A stretch of DNA of 36,198 bases from a virus (taxonomy: Duplodnaviria > Caudoviricetes), in the IMG/VR virus record IMGVR_UViG_3300025608_000047, positions 1-36,198 of that record. The stretch is one strand, 5' to 3'. The position numbers and the translations under genes were made by a program. Each line of letters opens with the position of its first letter. Position 1 is the stretch's first letter. Positions 19,168 to 25,632 of the stretch are shown in pieces. The notes under the pieces were generated by a model that was given only the letters and a program-made list of their open reading frames with translations, was not told the origin of the DNA and did no database searches.

Positions 19168-19354
19168 TTGGAAACGCCTCTTCTAAAGTTTCATCGTACA
19201 AAGTCGTCAACTGAGCTTGGAAGTCTTGTAGCATGTCCAACATCGTAACGTCATCTAAGTTGTAAAATTCATCACTTAGTAAAATCCAACCTTCACCAAC
19301 ATTATTGTTCCACATGAGTTTGATAGGCGCTTCACTACCTGTTTGAATGTTCAT
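19157..19354 (-). CDS. Hypothetical acidic protein
   Basis: Probable start MNIQTG (ATGA overlap, AAGGA RBS). Confidence 0.6.
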   Translation of the reverse strand: MNIQTGSEAPIKLMWNNNVGEGWILLSDEFYNLDDVTMLDMLQDFQAQLTTLYDETLEEAFPNAS

Positions 19355-19467
19355 GACATTAGTATCCTTTTCAGTTCTGGTATTGTTAACCCTGTCCAAC
19401 CACTGAGTTGCTTCAGTGTGATGTTGGGATTGCTGTCATACAGCTCGATGATTTCTTCAGCTTTCAT
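19351..19467 (-). CDS. Small HTH-like protein, 38 aa (not in ORF track)
   Basis: Hand translation MKAEEIIELYDSNPNITLKQLSGWTGLTIPELKRILMS; GGAG upstream; coupled to the next gene. Confidence 0.65.
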   Translation of the reverse strand: MKAEEIIELYDSNPNITLKQLSGWTGLTIPELKRILMS

Positions 19468-19681
19468 TCTCGAAATGCTCCATATTGTCCTGAACACGTT
19501 GCAGTATCACATCAGTGTATTCTTCTAACACTGATTGTAATGCTTCTTTCAGCGCCTGTACAGACTCTTCAGTGACGTTGCACAGACAGTCATCGTTGCC
19601 ATCGTAGTAGAACACACGTTTGTCCAGCTCTCTGACTAGGATGATGGTGCTGACGTTATCTAATCCGTAGACTGAGTCCAT
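19457..19681 (-). CDS. Hypothetical protein
   Basis: 74 aa, AAGGA RBS, overlaps neighbours. Confidence 0.6.
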   Translation of the reverse strand: MDSVYGLDNVSTIILVRELDKRVFYYDGNDDCLCNVTEESVQALKEALQSVLEEYTDVILQRVQDNMEHFENES

Positions 19682-19905
19682 TTCAGTATTTCCTTTTCCA
19701 GTTTGTTAGAGTGAAACGATGACACGGTTGCCTTGCCCTCTACAGGTTCTAACGACTCAGCCATCGATTTAAATACATCGTACAGCAAAGGATCATCAGA
19801 GTCAAACAAATAATGCTCTGCTACAAACAAAGCCCATTTGTATGCTGACTCACCGGTCAAGCCTCCACTGATCATGTCACGCTGTACTGTTGGAAGTTTA
19901 GTCAC
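19660..19905 (-). CDS. Hypothetical protein
   Basis: 81 aa, GTG start after GAGG. Confidence 0.6.
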   Translation of the reverse strand: MTKLPTVQRDMISGGLTGESAYKWALFVAEHYLFDSDDPLLYDVFKSMAESLEPVEGKATVSSFHSNKLEKEILKWTQSTD

Positions 19906-19913
19906 TATATAGC

Positions 19914-20010
19914 CTCTTTAATAGCTCTATGTACATAACTTTAATATCTCTTTAACAGTTCTATGTATTAATAATACTTAAAGCTGTTAAAGCTAAATAG
20001 CTATTTAGCT
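19914..20010. repeat. AT-rich spacer with a direct repeat and a perfect palindrome
   Basis: CTCTTTAAtAGcTCTATGTA (19914-19933) and CTCTTTAAcAGtTCTATGTA (19948-19967); AGCTAAATAGCTATTTAGCT (19991-20010). Confidence 0.8.
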
Positions 20011-20041
20011 GAATAGCTACTTAGTCTATATAGAGAGGGTA

Positions 20042-20227
20042 TCATTGATCTTCGTAGCTGTCAACCTCATCTTCAACATCCATTAAGTCATATCTTTCAA
20101 TGGCTTGGATATCATTGCTGACAGCTCTGTAACAAGTGTTACACAGATCTAAGAACTCGCCTGTAATAGAACTTTTCCGTGTTGACTCAAAATCATTGAG
20201 TTCAACATTGCATGCTTTACATCTCAT
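20042..20227 (-). CDS. Small Zn-finger protein
   Basis: MRCKAC...DLCNTC, acidic tail; first gene after the leftward promoter. Confidence 0.7.
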   Translation of the reverse strand: MRCKACNVELNDFESTRKSSITGEFLDLCNTCYRAVSNDIQAIERYDLMDVEDEVDSYEDQ

Positions 20228-20264
20228 GGGGTTCACCGTCCCTTTGTTTGTTAGTGAGGTGTGT

Positions 20265-20293
20265 ACTTTAATGGACTGGTAAAGAGGTGTCAA
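20265..20293 (-). promoter_or_regulatory. Sigma70 promoter driving the replication arm
   Basis: Minus strand TTGACA-17-TAAAGT with an upstream A-tract (UP-element-like). Confidence 0.8.
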
Positions 20294-20415
20294 CATTTTT
20301 TTTTACTAAGGGTATCACAGTCCCAATATCATGGGCCTCGCTGTCCCTTAGATATATATGTTATACACTTTATTTTCTATATCCTGAAATTTCCAAATCT
20401 CTGAAGAGGGGAGAG

Positions 20416-20432
20416 CGCACCGGATTGGTGCA
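20416..20432. promoter_or_regulatory. NtrC-type palindromic box
   Basis: CGCACCGGATTGGTGCA versus the consensus TGCACCA-N3-TGGTGCA. Confidence 0.55.
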
Positions 20433-20550
20433 TCTTTCGTTCGCTATCGATACAGGCTGATCGATTGAAAAATGCAATTGTAGGATCGCTGGAAGTATGG
20501 TTTCAAAAATGCTATTTTTAGCGCCTCGAAACAAACAAGGAACAAACAAC

Positions 20551-20895
20551 ATGAAAACGCAAACGCAAACAAACAAGTACATGGAAGCGGCGCTGGCTGT
20601 TCTATGCGCTGATGGGCCTCAAACAGCGTGGAAAATTAAAGACGCTTATTGGGGCCTTCGCTCAACTAATAAAGAATTAGAAAAAGCGATTACTAATACT
20701 TCCTCTAGTTTGGACGCCGCTATTGATAACGCCACAGACTTTTTAGGTAATCCGCTAAAGGATGAAAAATTATTCCAGAGCGTGTTCGCATTTATGTATA
20801 TCGAACGCGCCGCACTAATTAGGGACGGTTTCATATTAGATATGGATCGTTGCTATACCGCCGCTGAACAGCGGTTTTCAGAAACCATCGCATAG
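20551..20895 (+). CDS. Hypothetical protein (putative early gene)
   Basis: Probable start MKTQTQ after AAGGA in an A/C-rich leader. Confidence 0.65.
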   Translation: MKTQTQTNKYMEAALAVLCADGPQTAWKIKDAYWGLRSTNKELEKAITNTSSSLDAAIDNATDFLGNPLKDEKLFQSVFAFMYIERAALIRDGFILDMDRCYTAAEQRFSETIA

Positions 20896-20907
20896 GAGCG
20901 ATAAATT

Positions 20908-21138
20908 ATGATTAAGTTTCAACTATTCAGCCTAAAGGCCTCCGATGTTCAAAACGGACGCATCCGTTTCGATATGTACATATGTAACAAGCGCATTGCA
21001 GGCCTCATCGGTTTACGTGCTAAAAAGTATCGTTTCGGGTTCGATGGTGGCGATACTTTCAAACAAGCGCACCTAGGCAAAATCACTGTCGGTGTTGAAA
21101 AGCGCAAACCAGCTCGTCAACTCTGGAACTGGGTTTGA
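20908..21138 (+). CDS. Hypothetical basic protein (putative early gene)
   Basis: 76 aa, AGGAG RBS. Confidence 0.65.
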   Translation: MIKFQLFSLKASDVQNGRIRFDMYICNKRIAGLIGLRAKKYRFGFDGGDTFKQAHLGKITVGVEKRKPARQLWNWV

Positions 21139-21182
21139 GTATTAATCAACTATTGCGGCCTCCGGGCCGCTAAGGATCTAAC

Positions 21183-21884
21183 ATGCGTTTACTTTCAATC
21201 GATGGCAACTCGAAAATTGCCAAGACTAACAAGGCCGCCAAAGGCCGCTATCTATTTGCAGGCCTTTCATTAATGCCAGCCGATGACGTATGCCCGGGCG
21301 CTAAGGCCGCTGGATGCATGGAAACTTGTTTGCAGTCTGCAGGCCGGGGAATATTTAAGAATGTACAGGCCGCTCGCAAATCTAAGGCCGACTGGTTCCG
21401 GTGCGATAAAGACGGGTTTTTGGATCAACTTCGAAAGGATCTACATGCGCTTGAGCGTAAGGGTAAACGTGAAGGCCTTCAGCCTGTAGTGCGTCTTAAT
21501 GTGTTATCAGATATCGCATGGGAAGCTTATGGAATCCCCCAGGCATTCCCGGACATTCGGTTCTATGATTACACTAAACGCCAAGGCCGCATCGGTTCCA
21601 AGTTTATGCCCGATAACTACCATTTGACGTTTAGCTATTCCAATCAACCGGGATATTCCAATCAAGTGATTCGGGCATTGCATAAAGGCGCAAATATCGC
21701 TGTGGTTTTCTCGAATGGTTTACCTGCCAAGTTTCTAGGCCGCCCGGTAGTTGATGGTGATTTGCACGATATCCGCATTGACGACCCATCGGGAATCATT
21801 ATCGGCCTACGTGCTAAAGGTAAAGCGAAGAAACAGCCGAATAATTTTGTCGTTCCGAATCCAGAGGTCATCGCCTCATGCTAG
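21183..21884 (+). CDS. Gp88-like protein
   Basis: NSKIAK, CPGAKAAGCMETCLQSAGRG, VRLNVLSD, FYDYTK, NYHLTFS, VDGDLHDIR, GLRAKG. Confidence 0.8.
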   Translation: MRLLSIDGNSKIAKTNKAAKGRYLFAGLSLMPADDVCPGAKAAGCMETCLQSAGRGIFKNVQAARKSKADWFRCDKDGFLDQLRKDLHALERKGKREGLQPVVRLNVLSDIAWEAYGIPQAFPDIRFYDYTKRQGRIGSKFMPDNYHLTFSYSNQPGYSNQVIRALHKGANIAVVFSNGLPAKFLGRPVVDGDLHDIRIDDPSGIIIGLRAKGKAKKQPNNFVVPNPEVIASC

Positions 21885-21943
21885 AACTCATTGAAATCGG
21901 CCTAGCTATCGGTCTTTTATGTTACGTAGTTTTCGAACTATAA
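21878..21943 (+). CDS. Putative 21-aa membrane peptide
   Basis: MLELIEIGLAIGLLCYVVFEL; GAGG upstream; sits between the Gp88-like gene and the terminator. Confidence 0.45.
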   Translation: MLELIEIGLAIGLLCYVVFEL

Positions 21944-21967
21944 CGGCCTACTCAATTCCCTCAATTC

Positions 21968-21995
21968 AGCCCGGTTTATTCCGGGCTTTTTTTTT
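21968..21995 (+). terminator. Intrinsic terminator
   Basis: AGCCCGG-TTTATT-CCGGGCT with a run of 9 T. Confidence 0.9.
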
Positions 21996-22116
21996 GCCTG
22001 CAGTGTATGTATCGCATCCCTCAAAAGCATTAAGCAGCATATGCCTGTAACGCATTCTAAGCGCCTACAAGCGATTCAGCCGGTAAAGTAATACCCTAGT
22101 CTATGCCAGCATGTTG

Positions 22117-22325
22117 CAGGCTGTTACAGGCCTTTACAATCGGTCGTAGTGCTACAGGCTTTTCAGGCTGTTTTAGACTTCAAAGGATCCTTGACAGTCT
22201 CACACACTTCGTCATCTTGACAGCCTGCACCGGCGCAAAAACAGCGCCACAGCCTGCCCAGCCTGCACAGTAAACCGGCGCTTTACAGCCTGCACAGCCT
22301 GCACCATTATAGTGCGACAGCCTGC
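22117..22325. repeat. CAGCCTGC short-repeat cluster
   Basis: Six direct copies (22221, 22250, 22259, 22286, 22295, 22318) and inverted CAGGC(TG) copies at 22117-22170. Confidence 0.85.
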
Positions 22326-22358
22326 ACCGTTCTGGTGCGTCTGCACCGCTTTGGTGCG
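22300..22358. promoter_or_regulatory. Three tandem NtrC-type boxes
   Basis: TGCACCATTATAGTGCG (22300), TGCACCGTTCTGGTGCG (22323), TGCACCGCTTTGGTGCG (22342). Confidence 0.6.
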
Positions 22359-22499
22359 TCACTGCCCTACCCTGCTTTAAAGGCCCGGGGAGGGGCTACA
22401 GGACTTTAATATTATTATAGTACCTACACAGACTTGCAAGAGGGCAAAATAGAACTTAAAAGCTATAAAAAAGAGCGTTTTTATAACTTTTATGTGATA

Positions 22500-22515
22500 T
22501 ATCAAGCTTTTGATT
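22500..22515. promoter_or_regulatory. Overlapping IHF consensus matches
   Basis: TATCAAGCTTTTG (+) and AATCAAAAGCTTG (-) both fit WATCAANNNNTTR, in AT-rich DNA. Confidence 0.5.
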
Positions 22516-22523
22516 CTACAAAG

Positions 22524-22540
22524 AATGTTATATTATAACG
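22524..22540. promoter_or_regulatory. Zur-type (Fur-family) palindromic box
   Basis: AATGTTATA-T-TATAACG versus the consensus GAAATGTTATA-N-TATAACATTTC. Confidence 0.55.
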
Positions 22541-22545
22541 CTCTA

Positions 22546-22562
22546 TGCAGGATCTATGCCAA
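22546..22562 (-). promoter_or_regulatory. Sigma54 -24/-12 element
   Basis: Minus strand TTGGCATAGATCCTGCA with exact GG-N10-GC spacing. Confidence 0.55.
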
Positions 22563-22567
22563 ATTGG

Positions 22568-22596
22568 TTGACTTTGCACTGTTTTTGTGCTAGACT
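22568..22596 (+). promoter_or_regulatory. Sigma70 promoter for the packaging genes
   Basis: TTGACT-17-TAGACT with an extended TG. Confidence 0.75.
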
Positions 22597-22627
22597 ATGA
22601 AGCCTATGGATAAAACGGTGTAGTTCC

Positions 22628-23014
22628 ATGACTGAAACAGTAAAAAGAGGCCCGGGTAGGCCTAAAAAGGGCGAAGTTGTTGCTAAAAAAGAAGGCAACA
22701 GAGGTGTTAGAGGTCGTCCTCCCGGTGATGCCGCTATTATTAATGAATACAAAGCAAGAATGTTAGCATCTCCTAAGTCTGGTAAAGTCATGGATGCGAT
22801 ATTTAATGCGGCGTTGGATGATGAGCATAAAAATCAAGCGGCGGCTTGGAAGTTGCTGATGGATAGGATGTTACCTGTTAGCTACTTTGAGAAAGACAAG
22901 ATGTCACAGGGCAAGAACAGTGTCTCTATCACTATTACCGGTGTTGGTACACAAGCCTCTGTGCAGAACGATGATGACATTATCGATATTGAACCGGTGG
23001 AATCGGATGACTGA
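22628..23014 (+). CDS. terS: Putative terminase small subunit
   Basis: GRPKKG and GRPPG motifs, ALDDEHKNQAAAWKLLMDRMLP, acidic tail; first gene of the operon containing TerL. Confidence 0.7.
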   Translation: MTETVKRGPGRPKKGEVVAKKEGNRGVRGRPPGDAAIINEYKARMLASPKSGKVMDAIFNAALDDEHKNQAAAWKLLMDRMLPVSYFEKDKMSQGKNSVSITITGVGTQASVQNDDDIIDIEPVESDD

Positions 23015-23447
23015 AGAGCTGTTTGAACAGATTAAACTAGATTTAACAAAGCATGAAGGCTGTAAAACTGATGTGTATCTTTGTTCGGAAGGAATCCCTA
23101 CCGCTGGCATAGGTCATGCACTGTTAGGTGATGAAGAGCTTCCTGTTGGTACTACAGTGTCGATGGAACAGGTGTTAGATTGGTTCAAAGAAGACTGTGA
23201 AGAAGCTTTATCAGATGCAAGAGCTTTGTTTTTAAACTTTGATTCTTTACCAGATCAAGTAAAACGAGTGTTAGTCAATATGGCGTTTAACCTTGGACGC
23301 TCTCGTTTAGGGAAGTTTAAAAATTTAATTAGAGCTGTTAATGAAGGGAACTGGGTTAAAGCCGCTGATGAGATGGTAGACTCTCGTTGGTACAACCAAG
23401 TTGGTAATCGCTCTGTAGAGTTAGAGAACTGGATGAGAAATGTCTGA
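23007..23447 (+). CDS. Endolysin, phage lysozyme (GH24-like)
   Basis: HEG..YLCSEGIPTAGIGH (E-C-T triad), LVNMAFNLG, EMVDSRWYNQVGNRS; likely start MTEELF. Confidence 0.9.
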   Translation: MTEELFEQIKLDLTKHEGCKTDVYLCSEGIPTAGIGHALLGDEELPVGTTVSMEQVLDWFKEDCEEALSDARALFLNFDSLPDQVKRVLVNMAFNLGRSRLGKFKNLIRAVNEGNWVKAADEMVDSRWYNQVGNRSVELENWMRNV

Positions 23448-24381
23448 GATAGAAAAAAATATTCTACTTAACAAATTAGGCGCTGGTATTCGAAATCGTG
23501 CAAGACAGCGCATGACAGGCGAACAGTATCGTAAAGGAATTCAAACATTACAAAAAGAAAATCCTAGTTTGTTTGCTCAAGTGCAAGAAGAGAATACCAA
23601 AGCTCAGACTGAACTGCTTAATAAACTACAATTTGACTTTGAACCTTTAATACCCGGCCTTGATGAAAAATTAGCAGAGGAAGCAATCTATAACATATCA
23701 ATCCCTTATGGGGATGAGACATCTGATATAGGGGATATTAGTACGTTTAGAGGATTTGTTGATCCTAAAGAACCAAACAAAGGCTATGTAGGAGGCCCTA
23801 CTAGCGAAGAAGACATGCAGTCTGTATTAAATACAGCATTACATGAGGCATTGCATTTAGTCGATGTAACAGCTCCCGGAAGAATATCACATAAAACAGC
23901 AAAAGATAAACGAGTCGATCCAGAAGTATTAGCACGTTCGTTTGATATGGTAAGGGCGTTTTTAACAGATGACGAAGCTCTAATGAATAAAACAAAAAAG
24001 AAAGCTAAGCAGAGCTTAAAGTACGGTATCGGTGATAGCTATTTAGTTAGTGTTGCTTTACGTTCCTTGCCTCAGCTATTTAAAATGGGAGCTATTCAGA
24101 TTCCAGAAGACAGTATACCTACGATACAACAAGCGCTCACTGAGCTAGATAAAGATGAACAAGGGTTTGTTGACTGGATTATAGGGGATAGACCTGAAAA
24201 GCTCAAACAAATTGGATATAGAGCTTCTGAGTTAAGCCCTATTGATTACAACAAAGAAGTGATTGCAAGATTAATTAAATTAGCCCCAGCTTTGACTACT
24301 TTGCCAAGAAATTTAGGCTCTGGTGAGTATGAATGGAGTATAGACCGTACTGGGTTTGAAAACGAACTGTTGAATGACTGA
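23440..24381 (+). CDS. Hypothetical protein with HExxH motif
   Basis: 313 aa, TALHEALHLVD; overlaps both the lysozyme and TerL genes. Confidence 0.7.
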   Translation: MSEIEKNILLNKLGAGIRNRARQRMTGEQYRKGIQTLQKENPSLFAQVQEENTKAQTELLNKLQFDFEPLIPGLDEKLAEEAIYNISIPYGDETSDIGDISTFRGFVDPKEPNKGYVGGPTSEEDMQSVLNTALHEALHLVDVTAPGRISHKTAKDKRVDPEVLARSFDMVRAFLTDDEALMNKTKKKAKQSLKYGIGDSYLVSVALRSLPQLFKMGAIQIPEDSIPTIQQALTELDKDEQGFVDWIIGDRPEKLKQIGYRASELSPIDYNKEVIARLIKLAPALTTLPRNLGSGEYEWSIDRTGFENELLND

Positions 24382-25630
24382 ACTCAAAGTAGAGCTGTTA
24401 CCGTGGCAACAAGAAGTATTTGATAGCCCAGTACGATTTAAGATTGTTGCGGCTGGGCGAAGAACTGGTAAAAGCCGATTAGCGGCATGGATGCTAATTA
24501 TTAATGCACTGCAGACTGATAGAGGGCATGTATTCTATGTTGCCCCTACACAGGGTCAAGCACGTGACATTATGTGGAACACTTTGTTAGAACTTGGTAA
24601 CCCTGTTGTTACATCGTCTCATGTCAACAACATGCAAATCAAGCTCATCAATGGAGCTACGATTAGCTTAAAAGGCGCTGACAGACCAGAGACGATGCGT
24701 GGTGTCTCTCTGAAGTTCCTTGTGTTGGATGAATACGCAGACATGAAACCGTCTGTATGGGAAACTGTACTACGCCCTGCACTGGCTGACCAGAAGGGAT
24801 CTGCGATGTTCATTGGGACACCGCTAGGACGTAACCACTTTTACGAGCTGTATAAGTATGGTGAGTTGTCTGATGACCCGACATACAAGGCATGGCACTT
24901 TACCAGTTATGATAATCCCCTACTAGACCCAGAGGAGATTAACACTGCAAAGCAAAGTATGTCGAGCTATGCATTCCGTCAGGAGTTTATGGCGAGCTTT
25001 GAAGCACTTGGTTCAGAGATCTTCAAAGAGGACTGGATTAAGTTCACTGATGAAGAACCTAGTGATGGTGAGTATTACATCGCTGTTGACTTGGCGGGTT
25101 TTGCTGATGTGGCTGGTAAAGCTACCGGTAAAAATGCAAAGTTGGACAAAACAGCGATTGCGATTGTTAAAGCGAATACTGACGGTTGGTATGTCGCTGA
25201 CATTGTCTATGGGCGTTGGGACATCAAGAAAACAGCCCGTAAGATATTTGAAGCTGTACGGGAATATGAACCAGTCGCTGTAGGGATTGAAAAAGGTGCA
25301 TTGCGTAACGCAGTGTTGCCATACCTGACAGATTTAATGAAATCCGGGCAGAGATTCTTCAGAGTGGAAGAGTTGACGCACGGTAACAAGAAGAAGACAG
25401 ATCGTATCGTGTGGGCGTTACAAGGACGTTTCGAACACGGGAATATTCATCTGGCAGAAGGGGAATGGAATACAGAGTTCTTAGATGAACTATTCCAGTT
25501 TCCTAATCCGTTAGTGCATGACGATTTAGTTGATGCACTGGCATATATTGATCAACTTGCTAAGGTTAGCTATTACGTTGACTTTGAGGAAGAAGAGTTT
25601 GAATTTATTGATCCAATCGCAGGGTACTAA
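24374..25630 (+). CDS. terL: Terminase large subunit
   Basis: Walker A GRRTGKS, Walker B LVLDE, GTP coupling motif, nuclease AVDLAG and HDDLVDA. Confidence 0.95.
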   Translation: MTELKVELLPWQQEVFDSPVRFKIVAAGRRTGKSRLAAWMLIINALQTDRGHVFYVAPTQGQARDIMWNTLLELGNPVVTSSHVNNMQIKLINGATISLKGADRPETMRGVSLKFLVLDEYADMKPSVWETVLRPALADQKGSAMFIGTPLGRNHFYELYKYGELSDDPTYKAWHFTSYDNPLLDPEEINTAKQSMSSYAFRQEFMASFEALGSEIFKEDWIKFTDEEPSDGEYYIAVDLAGFADVAGKATGKNAKLDKTAIAIVKANTDGWYVADIVYGRWDIKKTARKIFEAVREYEPVAVGIEKGALRNAVLPYLTDLMKSGQRFFRVEELTHGNKKKTDRIVWALQGRFEHGNIHLAEGEWNTEFLDELFQFPNPLVHDDLVDALAYIDQLAKVSYYVDFEEEEFEFIDPIAGY

Positions 25631-25632
25631 AT

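Noticed and set aside
22095-22112. Third sigma54 element (TGGCATAGACTAGGG, minus strand)
   Set aside because: Lacks the invariant GC at -12.
22220-22360. CRISPR-like mini-array
   Set aside because: Repeats are only about 8 bp with irregular 1-21 nt gaps, and no cas genes are present.
22180-22362. 60-aa minus-strand ORF
   Set aside because: Its repetitive CAG/AGC content is explained by the DNA repeats, and it has no convincing RBS.
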